A stretch of 32,110 bases of DNA from Clostridia bacterium. Lineage in GTDB: Bacteria; Bacillota; Clostridia; Christensenellales; CAG-314. The notes under the pieces are model-generated. The model did no database searches. It saw only the letters and a list, made by a program, of their open reading frames with translations, and was not told where the DNA came from. Both the position numbers and the translations under genes were made by a program. Position 1 is the stretch's first letter. Each line of letters starts with the position of its first letter. The DNA lies in the NCBI GenBank assembly GCA_017505015.1, contig JAFVQA010000165.1:1-32110 (forward strand), in the 5' to 3' direction. Below are positions 1 through 7,795 of the stretch, piece after piece.

Positions 1-274
1 ATTTGTCATAGCTGATGCCCAAAACCTTCCACAAATCTTTAATATTGTCAACAAGACCGTCAACAAACGCTTTTGGAGTTGTGTTGTGTTCGGCAGCACG
101 TTTTTCTATTTTAACACCGTGTTCGTCAGTGCCAGTCAAAAAGAAAACATCAAAGCCATCCATACGTTTAAAGCGAGCAATAGCGTCACAAATAACTGTT
201 GTATAGCAGTGGCCCAAATGCCAGTTGCCGCTTGGATAATAAATCGGTGTGGTGATGTAATACTTTTCTTTCAT
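1..274 (-). CDS. metG: Methionyl-tRNA synthetase, N-terminal part (runs off the window edge)
   Basis: Hand translation from the ATG at 274: MKEKYYITTPIYYPSGNWHLGHCYTTVICDAIARFKRMDGFDVFFLTGTDEHG. Has the HIGH-type HLGH and TGTDEHG motifs; GAGG RBS upstream. Not in the ORF track. Confidence 0.96.
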   Translation of the reverse strand, partial: MKEKYYITTPIYYPSGNWHLGHCYTTVICDAIARFKRMDGFDVFFLTGTDEHGVKIEKRAAEHNTTPKAFVDGLVDNIKDLWKVLGISYDK

Positions 275-375
275 ACGTTACCTCTATAAATATATATTTT
301 AAACTACATTATGTTTTAGTATAACACTTTACAAAAATATTGTCTATTAAACAAGTTTTTTAAATATATATTATT

Positions 376-933
376 ATGCAATATATATGGCTTTTTTTGG
401 TAACGACAAGCATTTCGCTTTTGCTTTTTTCAAACCCCAATGCAATTTTAACGGCAATGACAACTGCAACGCAAAATGCAGTTTCGCTTTGCATATCACT
501 CGTGGGCATATATGCCCTTTGGCTTGGCGTGATAAACCTTGCAAAAAACTGCGGAATTTTGCAGACTCTTTGCAAAAAAATAAACCCGCTTGCAAAAAAA
601 CTTTTTGGTGCACACAACGACGAAATTTCTGCCGATTTGTCACTAAACCTTTCGGCAAACCTGCTTGGCATTGGCAACGCGTCAACACCACCTGCAATAA
701 GGGCAATAAAAAATATGGACAAGGGCAACGGAAAACTTACAAAAGGCATGGCAATGCTGTTTGTAATTAACGCATGTGGTCTGCAAATTGTGCCCACCAC
801 CGTGATTGGCATTCGTTCAAACCTGGGCAGTGCAAACCCAACGGATATTTTGTTGCCTTGTTTAATAACTTCGCTTGCAACAACTGCGGTTGGCATTTTG
901 CTTGTAAATTTGCTTTTTGGTCATAACAAATGA
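376..933 (+). CDS. spmA: Spore maturation protein A (nucleoside recognition Gate domain membrane protein)
   Basis: ANLLGIGNASTP and GIRSNLGSANP motifs; overlaps the next gene by ATGA. Confidence 0.9.
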   Translation: MQYIWLFLVTTSISLLLFSNPNAILTAMTTATQNAVSLCISLVGIYALWLGVINLAKNCGILQTLCKKINPLAKKLFGAHNDEISADLSLNLSANLLGIGNASTPPAIRAIKNMDKGNGKLTKGMAMLFVINACGLQIVPTTVIGIRSNLGSANPTDILLPCLITSLATTAVGILLVNLLFGHNK

Positions 934-1433
934 GTTTTTTTGTTCCCTTGTTGTTGCTGTGCCTTTTTTCTTTTTGTTTTGTAAAAAAAGTTGATGCCTA
1001 CGGCAGTTTTGCCGAGGGTGCAAAACAGGCACTGCCACTTGTAAAAAGTCTGTTGCCATTTCTTGCCTGCATGCTTGTCGCAGTAGAACTTGCAAAAGCA
1101 AGCGGATTATATAATTTGCTTGACCTTTTGTTTTCGCCTTTTTTGCAAATGGTGGGTATACCTGCCGAGTTAAGCCAGCTTGTAATATTAAAACCGTTCA
1201 GTGGCAGTGGGTCTTTGGCAATGCTCAACGATCTGCTTTTGACACACGGATCAGACAGTTATATAGGCAGGTGTGCCTGCGTTGTTTATGGCACAAGCGA
1301 AACTGTGTTTTATATTGCCACCATTTATTTTAGTGGAACAAGTGTGAAAAAGCTTGGCGTTGCTTTGTGGATAGGTTTGTTTTGCAGTTTTTTGTCTTGC
1401 GCCGTGGGTTGTTTGCTGTGCAGAGTGTTATAA
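930..1433 (+). CDS. spmB: Spore maturation protein B
   Basis: KVDAYGSFAEGAK, LKPFSGSGS and GTSETVFY motifs; coupled to spmA. Confidence 0.92.
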   Translation: MSFFVPLLLLCLFSFCFVKKVDAYGSFAEGAKQALPLVKSLLPFLACMLVAVELAKASGLYNLLDLLFSPFLQMVGIPAELSQLVILKPFSGSGSLAMLNDLLLTHGSDSYIGRCACVVYGTSETVFYIATIYFSGTSVKKLGVALWIGLFCSFLSCAVGCLLCRVL

Positions 1434-1443
1434 GAAACTTAAC

Positions 1444-1510
1444 AGTGAAATTCGTGCCGTAGCACGAGTGAAGTTATCTTCGATAGTGAAGTTCACTTCG
1501 TGAGTGAATT
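1444..1510. repeat. Array of AGTGAA(G/A)TT motifs, each followed by a mini-hairpin
   Basis: AGTGAA at 1444, 1467, 1485 and 1503, separated by CGTGC-cgta-GCACG, TATC-ttc-GATA and TCAC-ttc-GTGA. Confidence 0.75.
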
Positions 1511-1589
1511 TGAAATTTGCAACAATTTTAATAATTACAAATTAGTCATATACCCAGCCATACTCTTTTGGCATTTTGTAAATGCCCTA

Positions 1590-1618
1590 TTTACAAAACG
1601 TGGTTTTGATTGTATAAT
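1590..1618 (+). promoter_or_regulatory. Sigma-A-type promoter
   Basis: TTTACA-17 bp-TATAAT upstream of the 1650 ORF, with a GAGGT RBS downstream. Confidence 0.7.
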
Positions 1619-1649
1619 TTAACCACAATAATTTTTGAGGTAAAAAGGT

Positions 1650-1961
1650 ATGTTACTTGCAATTTCACCAGAAAAAGTTCCACTTTTAATTGGCATTATC
1701 GCCGTGCTGATAATTCACTATCCACTTGCAATGATAGCCGTAATGAGGCTTTTAAAATATAAACACAAAGTTTTGCCATTGTGGTTGTGGCACATTATAG
1801 TGCAAATTGTGTTTATAATTGGGCCAATAACGTGCATTTTGGTTCACCCAAAAACAAGCGAAATAAAGGTATATAAAACATATGCCCCACCGGCAGACGA
1901 CCCAAACGGCACACCTGTTGAAACAGACGTGACTTTTGCCACAAAAGACGACAAAAAATAA
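1650..1961 (+). CDS. Small membrane protein (PLDc N-terminal-like hairpin)
   Basis: Two hydrophobic segments (WLWHIIVQIVFIIGPI) and a charged tail; RBS, promoter and terminator are all present. Confidence 0.7.
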   Translation: MLLAISPEKVPLLIGIIAVLIIHYPLAMIAVMRLLKYKHKVLPLWLWHIIVQIVFIIGPITCILVHPKTSEIKVYKTYAPPADDPNGTPVETDVTFATKDDKK

Positions 1962-1982
1962 AATTTAAAACAACAAAATAAC

Positions 1983-2017
1983 AAAAAAAAGACGGAGTAA
2001 AAACTCCGTCTTTTTTT
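1983..2017. terminator. Bidirectional intrinsic terminator
   Basis: A8-GACGGAGT-aaaa-ACTCCGTC-T7 between convergent genes. Confidence 0.9.
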
Positions 2018-2032
2018 ACTTAACTGTTTTTG

Positions 2033-4585
2033 TCAAGAAGTATAATGAATACTGAACCAAATAACGTTTGACTCAACACTATAGCGTTGGTTTAAATGAC
2101 TTGTTATCTTTTTGTTTTGTTCGTCCCAAACGTCCTCGATATCTTCTGTTGATTCGCAAGATACGTCAGCAGCATCCTGTGGAACAATAACCTGAATTTC
2201 CGGAACAAACTGATGATATTGAACAAGCAAAATCGCACTTTCATCAAACAAAGTGTTTCCTATTTTTATTTGTCCACCGATTGCAGAAATATTGATAGTG
2301 TCAAAATTGTAGACATTTGTAAGCTCAATAAGCGAATAATATCTTAACTCGTTAAAATGCTCCAATATCCTTGCTTTATGAGATCTGTTTTCGTCACCTT
2401 TTGCCAAATATTCGTTCCAGTCTGTCTGGCTCACGTTTGCATTGGCAGGAATATATTTGCCAGACTCAAAGTCAAGTCGGAAAGATTTTTCTGCCACAAG
2501 AGACAAGCTTTCTTTATAAACCTCTTGCTCGTCGGTTTGAACAAAAACAAAATCGGCATAGTCAACGTTGCCATCTGTGCCAACCTTTATTTCACACATG
2601 CCACCTTCGTTTTTTGGAGTTTCATTCCAGTCGATGTAGCAAAAATAAATGCGATATAAATATTCATATGCACGGGTATTTGGCTCAATCAATCCACAAT
2701 CAATCCAGTCATAATCTATATCAAATCTGATTGAATATCTTTTTGAGTTATTACCTGTAATTATCTGACTGTTTTGGTAGTCATAGTGATAGTCGTCATA
2801 AATTGTATAGTTATAAATATATCCGCTGTTACTATCAACGTCATTTTCTCCAATGGTTTTTCTGAAATTGTTTATCAGACCATATACCATGCCTGCATAT
2901 TTATTTTGTGCATTTGCTTTGCCTGCAAAAATATCCTGTGACACAGTTTCGTCTGCAGGCACAAGGTCAAACACTTGTTCTTCAATCTGCAAATATGCCT
3001 TTGAAAGATCGCCTATTCTCACTTCCTTTTCTACTATAGGATAAACGAAGCAAACATCTATTAAATAATCACCTGTGCTTTCTGGTTTGATGTCTGTTCG
3101 CCGTTGCGTTTTTACGCCGTCACTCCACCCAGTGAATATATAACCATCATCAGGGATGGCTATTATTTCTTGCATTTGTTCTGTTGCAGCAGGAAAATAT
3201 ACTTCTGAGCCTTGGTCAAACAAATAGCTTTTGCCATTTTGGTTTACCATAAGACGACAGTTACTTCTTACTCTTACGGAAAGTGCCCACAACTTGCCTG
3301 CCAACCAATCCCACACGTTAACTTCTGTTACTTCTTCATCAGAAGTTTGCCATGCAGTCCATTTTTCGCTCATATCTGCTATATAGTCTTTAACGTCTTT
3401 CTGATTTGCCCAGATATTCAAATAATAAATCTTGTGCTCAACAAAATCAAACAGAAGTGTAAATTCTGCCCACAACGTTTGCATTTTGTCTGGTGACATT
3501 GCCACGACAAGTTGAGAAAGGTTCATTTTGTTGTCCAAACGAACTTCTATCACACCGCAATAATCTGCATATATATTTTCGATTATTTCAAAATAAATAT
3601 AATAACTGTTTTTATCTTGCTGATATTCTATTTTGCATTTCAATTCTGAACCAGTTATATCAGCAGGGTCTGCTGTTTGATAAGTTTTGCCTTCCTGCAC
3701 AAGGTTGTCTGTTAAAAGCACTCTTACTATTTCTGAAAACTCAAGTATCTCACTTATACCTGCATTGTCATAGTCTTGGCCAATAAAAATATCTTTCGTT
3801 TCTTTTTCGCCTGCCCATTTCATTTCAAAATTTTCGTTGAGCATTTGCAAAGCGGCATTTATAAGCACTTGTTGGTGGTCAATTTCTTGTGGTTGACTTT
3901 CGTCCATCATCAGGTTGCCATTTACAAGGTCTGTTATCCATTGTTGTTCTGTGCCGGTGTAGTTATAATATTGCTTATAGATTTCATAGGCAGATTTGCC
4001 GCTGTTTCCTTTAACGTTGCCAAGAGGATAAGTTTTGCCACCATATGTAACAGACAAGTTTCCGTCGTTATCCAACTCAACGGCTTCAAGACTTACACCG
4101 TCTTTACCGTTTTTACCGTTTTTGCCATCTCTGCCATCTTCACCGTCTTTGCCGTCTTTACCATCTTTGGCTTGAAGGTTGGTTGCTTTGCCAAGGTTTA
4201 TTTTGTTTCCATTGGTAAAGTTCAAAACAAGTTCGCCATTTGTGTTTATTGTTGCACCAGAAATGCTAACGCCGTCTTTACCATCGACACCGTCTTTACC
4301 ATCTTTGCCGTCAACACCATCTTTACCATCTGCACCACTTGTGCCGTTTGTAACGGTAAAGGTGCTTGTGGTTCCGTCTGACATAGTGATTTTGTAGGTA
4401 TCTACGTTGCCTTCTGTGCCGTCTTTAACTATTGACACAATGCTGACACCAGTTGCACCTGTGTCGCCTTTGTCGCCTTTGTCACCCTTTTCGCCTGGTT
4501 CGCCACAGGCTACAAAAAGCAATGACAAACTTAAACATAATATTGCTATCAACAATATTTTTGTGTATTTGAAAAATCTGTTCAT
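2033..4585 (-). CDS. Large lipoprotein with collagen-like G-X-Y repeats and an InlB-B-repeat-like segment
   Basis: 850 aa. Lipobox FVAC; three GKD/GDK triplet tracts; GKSAYEIY..GTEQQWITDL motif; PDDGYIFTGWSDG; acidic C-terminal region I do not recognise. Confidence 0.85.
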   Translation of the reverse strand: MNRFFKYTKILLIAILCLSLSLLFVACGEPGEKGDKGDKGDTGATGVSIVSIVKDGTEGNVDTYKITMSDGTTSTFTVTNGTSGADGKDGVDGKDGKDGVDGKDGVSISGATINTNGELVLNFTNGNKINLGKATNLQAKDGKDGKDGEDGRDGKNGKNGKDGVSLEAVELDNDGNLSVTYGGKTYPLGNVKGNSGKSAYEIYKQYYNYTGTEQQWITDLVNGNLMMDESQPQEIDHQQVLINAALQMLNENFEMKWAGEKETKDIFIGQDYDNAGISEILEFSEIVRVLLTDNLVQEGKTYQTADPADITGSELKCKIEYQQDKNSYYIYFEIIENIYADYCGVIEVRLDNKMNLSQLVVAMSPDKMQTLWAEFTLLFDFVEHKIYYLNIWANQKDVKDYIADMSEKWTAWQTSDEEVTEVNVWDWLAGKLWALSVRVRSNCRLMVNQNGKSYLFDQGSEVYFPAATEQMQEIIAIPDDGYIFTGWSDGVKTQRRTDIKPESTGDYLIDVCFVYPIVEKEVRIGDLSKAYLQIEEQVFDLVPADETVSQDIFAGKANAQNKYAGMVYGLINNFRKTIGENDVDSNSGYIYNYTIYDDYHYDYQNSQIITGNNSKRYSIRFDIDYDWIDCGLIEPNTRAYEYLYRIYFCYIDWNETPKNEGGMCEIKVGTDGNVDYADFVFVQTDEQEVYKESLSLVAEKSFRLDFESGKYIPANANVSQTDWNEYLAKGDENRSHKARILEHFNELRYYSLIELTNVYNFDTINISAIGGQIKIGNTLFDESAILLVQYHQFVPEIQVIVPQDAADVSCESTEDIEDVWDEQNKKITSHLNQRYSVESNVIWFSIHYTS

Positions 4586-4602
4586 AACACACCTCTTAAA
4601 TT

Positions 4603-4647
4603 TATCCCCAAGGGGCTATTTTTGATTATTATATCGCCAAGGGGCTA
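4603..4647. promoter_or_regulatory. Two pseudo-palindromic 16-bp operator-like boxes
   Basis: TATCCCCAAGGGGCTA (4603-4618) and TATCGCCAAGGGGCTA (4632-4647), one mismatch. Confidence 0.75.
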
Positions 4648-4656
4648 AAATGTCAA
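4628..4656 (-). promoter_or_regulatory. Consensus sigma-A promoter of the collagen-like lipoprotein gene
   Basis: Minus strand TTGACA (4656-4651)-17 bp-TATAAT (4633-4628). Confidence 0.85.
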
Positions 4657-4682
4657 TATCCACTTTAAAAGGAGATTTTGAC

Positions 4683-4895
4683 ATGCAGGTTTTGATTGCA
4701 GAAAGATTGCGCGCTTTGATGAGAGAAGAAAACTTGACACAAGTTGAACTTGCAAAACGAATTGGAATAAAGCAAAACACCATAAGTGCCTGGCTGAGAG
4801 AAAAAAAAGAACCCTGCATAACAAGCCTTTGGTTGTTGGCAGATTATTTTGAAACCGACATAGATTATCTGGTTGGCAGAAAAGACACACCATAA
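4683..4895 (+). CDS. XRE-family helix-turn-helix regulator (70 aa)
   Basis: LTQVELAKRIGIKQNTISAW..KEP..LADYFETDIDYLVG; an AGGAG RBS favours the ATG at 4683. Confidence 0.92.
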   Translation: MQVLIAERLRALMREENLTQVELAKRIGIKQNTISAWLREKKEPCITSLWLLADYFETDIDYLVGRKDTP

Positions 4896-4900
4896 AAAAC

Positions 4901-4926
4901 AAGGAGCAAAAATGCTCCTTTTTTTT
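4901..4926 (+). terminator. Intrinsic terminator
   Basis: AAGGAGCA-aaaa-TGCTCCTT followed by a T tract. Confidence 0.8.
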
Positions 4927-4984
4927 GTTGTTTCGTTTGACTTTTAAACAGCGTGGGTGTATAACTTTTTGGGGAAAATTTGAC

Positions 4985-6106
4985 ATGGAAAATATTGCAA
5001 AAAAACCAAACTTTGTTTTGGCATTTATAAAAAAGAACATTGTGTTTTCTATCGCAACTTTTGCGGCAATTTTGTCATGCTTTTTTGTGTTGCCAGATGC
5101 ACAATATATTGACTATTTTGATTTTAAAACGCTGGTGAGCCTGTTTGTTATGCTGGCAGTAATTTCTGCACTCAGGCACATAAGCTTTTTTCGCATTTTG
5201 GCAAACAAAATAATAAAGTTGTTTAAAACAACCCGTTCGGCAATAACTGCACTGGTGTTTATCACCTATTTTGCATCTATGCTCATTGCCAACGACATGG
5301 CACTCATCACCTTTTTGCCACTTGGTTATTTTGTGCTTGCCACCACCAAGAAAGAAAAATATATGGCATTCACCTTTATCATGCAGACCATTGCGGCAAA
5401 CCTTGGTGGCATGATAACCCCTTTTGGCAACCCACAAAACCTTTATATTTACAACACCTTTAACATTGCAACGGCAGAGTTTTTTGCAATTATGTGGAAG
5501 CCAACTGTGATTTCTATCATTTTGATTATAATTTGTTGTTTGTTCATCAAAAGCGAACCTTTGGAATGTGGCAAAACTGCAAACAAAAAACTCAACGTAA
5601 AAAGAGCACTGATATATTTTGCATTTTTTGCCTATGCAATAATAATTGTTTTTCGTGTTGTGCCATACTGGACAGGGTTGCTCATTATTCCAATATTATA
5701 TTTTTTGGACAAACAGGCAGTTTTTGACGTTGACTATATTTTGTTGCTCACTTTCTGCATGTTTTTTATCTTTTCGGGCAACCTTGCACGCATTCCTGCC
5801 GTAAACCAATTTTTTGCAAACCTTCTTGGCAAAAACACGTTGCTCACAGGCGTGCTTTCGTGCCAGGTGATAAGCAACGTGCCAAGTGCAATTTTGCTTT
5901 CTGGCTTTACTGCCGACTATGCAAACCTGCTTGTTGCCGTTAACATTGGTGGTTGTGGCTCGCTTATTTCGTCACTTGCCAGCCTGATAACGTTCAAACA
6001 CTTTACGCTTTATCAGCCGGGCAACACAAAAAAATATCTCGTTTTGGCACACGCACTCAACTTTGGCTTTTTGGCAGTGCTTGTTGCCACAAGTTTTTTG
6101 TTATAA
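4985..6106 (+). CDS. ArsB/NhaD/citrate-transporter (ion transporter superfamily) permease
   Basis: Polytopic; motifs ANDMALITFLP, AANLGGMITPFGNPQN and SNVP. ATG at 4985 preferred. Confidence 0.88.
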   Translation: MENIAKKPNFVLAFIKKNIVFSIATFAAILSCFFVLPDAQYIDYFDFKTLVSLFVMLAVISALRHISFFRILANKIIKLFKTTRSAITALVFITYFASMLIANDMALITFLPLGYFVLATTKKEKYMAFTFIMQTIAANLGGMITPFGNPQNLYIYNTFNIATAEFFAIMWKPTVISIILIIICCLFIKSEPLECGKTANKKLNVKRALIYFAFFAYAIIIVFRVVPYWTGLLIIPILYFLDKQAVFDVDYILLLTFCMFFIFSGNLARIPAVNQFFANLLGKNTLLTGVLSCQVISNVPSAILLSGFTADYANLLVAVNIGGCGSLISSLASLITFKHFTLYQPGNTKKYLVLAHALNFGFLAVLVATSFLL

Positions 6107-6121
6107 GCTAAAAATCACAAC

Positions 6122-6149
6122 AAAAAAACGGAGTTTTCAACTCCGTTTT
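6122..6149. terminator. Bidirectional terminator
   Basis: AAAACGGAGTT-ttc-AACTCCGTTTT between convergent genes. Confidence 0.8.
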
Positions 6150-6184
6150 CATTTTTTTGTTTAAAATCTGCGTGAAAAAATTTG

Positions 6185-6706
6185 TCAGTCTAAAAACTGT
6201 TTTTTGGTTTTTGTCAGTGCTTTGCAAAGTGGTTTGTAGCAAAGCAAAAACAACGCAAAGTTTGACACTACGTGAGTGGCAAAAAAAGGAATTCCACGGG
6301 CATACATAATGCCAAACCTATACCAAAAGTTGTCAAACGCACCCATAAACAAGCCTACGTCAACAAGGCTGGTCAGCACGCCAAAAAACAAGGTGAGCAA
6401 AACTGCTGTGAACACATTTATCCACAGGTTTTTTTGCTTGTGGTTGACAATAGCAAAAACAAGTGCAACCAACGGCCAATATATAAAATAAGAAACAACC
6501 CACGTGTTTATGCCATAAATAAGCACGTCAAGCACAACAAACACAGCCGTTGCCGGCAAAACGTATGCAAAGCCAAACACGGTGGCATAAAGTGCTATCA
6601 AAATTGTGACGGGCTCTATGTTTGGCAACACACTCATAACCATTTTGCCACCGAACAACGTTGCCGCCATAACGGCTATTGTGGCAATGCCTTTTGCAGT
6701 TTTCAT
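6185..6706 (-). CDS. ECF transporter S component, cobalamin type (CbrT-like)
   Basis: 173 aa, about six TM helices; LPNIEPVT and GIPF..HVVSN motifs; lies downstream of a B12 riboswitch. Confidence 0.8.
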   Translation of the reverse strand: MKTAKGIATIAVMAATLFGGKMVMSVLPNIEPVTILIALYATVFGFAYVLPATAVFVVLDVLIYGINTWVVSYFIYWPLVALVFAIVNHKQKNLWINVFTAVLLTLFFGVLTSLVDVGLFMGAFDNFWYRFGIMYARGIPFFATHVVSNFALFLLCYKPLCKALTKTKKQFLD

Positions 6707-6707
6707 A

Positions 6708-7184
6708 TCAATAACTCAAAACTTTAAAATAAACCACAATGTCATCAACAAGTTTAACACTGCCAATGCCAAGACCGCTGTAATACAAAGTATCTTCGCC
6801 CACGGTCACGTCATCTGCCGCCCATTCAGACACGTCTTTGTCTGCTTTTTTATTGTGGAAAAAGCCAATATATTCGTTACCTTGTGGGTTGAGCTGACCT
6901 ATGCTTGTGAGAAATGCACTATAACCATATTGACCACTGCCATTTGCACTTGCACTGAATTCGAGCTGTTGTGTTTCGCAAAGATAACCAAGCAAATCGA
7001 GCACTGTGTTTTGCGAAGTCATTTTTGCTTGTTCAAGGTCAACGACGTATGTTTTGTCAGTTGTTCCGGCGATAATCACCTTTGCCTGTCCGTCAAGCGC
7101 ATAGCTGTCACCACAGCCTGCAAAAGCAAACACAGACACAACCACAAGCAAAAGTGCCAATAGTTTTTTGTTAAAAGTTTTCAT
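6708..7184 (-). CDS. Lipoprotein, DUF4430/transcobalamin-C-like (probable corrinoid binding)
   Basis: Lipobox FAGC; TVLDLL..YSAFLTSIG..YSGLGIGSVKLVD pattern; GGAGG RBS before the ATG at 7184. Confidence 0.72.
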   Translation of the reverse strand: MKTFNKKLLALLLVVVSVFAFAGCGDSYALDGQAKVIIAGTTDKTYVVDLEQAKMTSQNTVLDLLGYLCETQQLEFSASANGSGQYGYSAFLTSIGQLNPQGNEYIGFFHNKKADKDVSEWAADDVTVGEDTLYYSGLGIGSVKLVDDIVVYFKVLSY

Positions 7185-7267
7185 AAATTTTCCTCCAGAA
7201 AATGGAGAGGTTGTCGGGTACAAAACAAAAGATTGCAATAACAAAAGCAAAATGTGGCAATATTTTT

Positions 7268-7398
7268 AAAGGCTTCCCCTTTTTTAAGGGGAAGCTCCTG
7301 CGATAGCAGGTGATGAGGTTTGATAATACAAACAAAGCTAACCTCATCCGTCAAGCATACGCTTGCCACCTTCTCCTTAAACAAAAGGAGAAGGCTTT
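7268..7398. repeat. REP/REPIN-like composite palindromic element
   Basis: GCTTCCCCTT/AAGGGGAAGC, CCTGC/GCAGG, GATGAGGTT/AACCTCATC, CAAGC/GCTTG and CCTTCTCCTT/AAGGAGAAGG stems, arranged as two inverted related halves. Confidence 0.8.
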
Positions 7399-7416
7399 TT
7401 ATATTTATTGACAAAT

Positions 7417-7441
7417 AAAAAAACTGCCCGAAAGAGCAGTT
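7417..7441 (-). terminator. Leader terminator (riboswitch expression platform)
   Basis: Minus strand AACTGCTC-tttc-GGGCAGTT plus T tract, between the aptamer and the first CDS. Confidence 0.78.
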
Positions 7442-7523
7442 GCAAAAAAGCAAAACGTCACGCATCGTTTTGCAAAAATAAGCACCGTCTTCCCTCCGAA
7501 GATAGTATCTTGTGCAATTTGTT

Positions 7524-7693
7524 AAAGAAAAGGTCTCCTGACTTTAAGGCTTTGCCTTGTTTTTTCCTTCTCGCCAAATGGCAATGGAACAAAAAACTCG
7601 TAGCCTTTTACAGTAGCGGGGGCTGTTGCAGATTTTCACTGCATTCCCTGGGCACAAATTTGTGCCACGCACTCAAAGGTGCGTCTTTCTTTT
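7524..7693 (-). ncRNA. Cobalamin riboswitch
   Basis: Minus strand AGGGAATGCAGTGAAAATCTGCAACAGCCCCCGCTACTGTAA..CCATTG..GAGAAGG..AAGTCAGGAGACCT (B12 box). Boundaries are approximate. Confidence 0.93.
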
Positions 7694-7712
7694 TGCACTT
7701 TTGTTTTAACTT

Positions 7713-7741
7713 ATTTTAGCACCACTCCTGCTTTTTTGCAA
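7713..7741 (-). promoter_or_regulatory. Promoter of the B12 operon
   Basis: TTGCAA-17 bp-TAAAAT with an extended TGn, just upstream of the aptamer. Confidence 0.7.
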
Positions 7742-7759
7742 CAGGTATGGCTACAAACA

Positions 7760-7791
7760 AAAAAAGAGTGTCTTTCGACACTCTTTAATTT
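7760..7791 (-). terminator. Terminator; copy 1 of a 32-bp direct repeat
   Basis: AAAAAAGAGTGTCTTTCGACACTCTTTAATTT, identical to 10661-10692. Confidence 0.88.
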
Positions 7792-7795
7792 TTGC

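Noticed and set aside
2033-4895. Prophage remnant (collagen fibre plus XRE repressor)
   Set aside because: The protein has a lipoprotein signal, and no other phage genes or att sites are evident.
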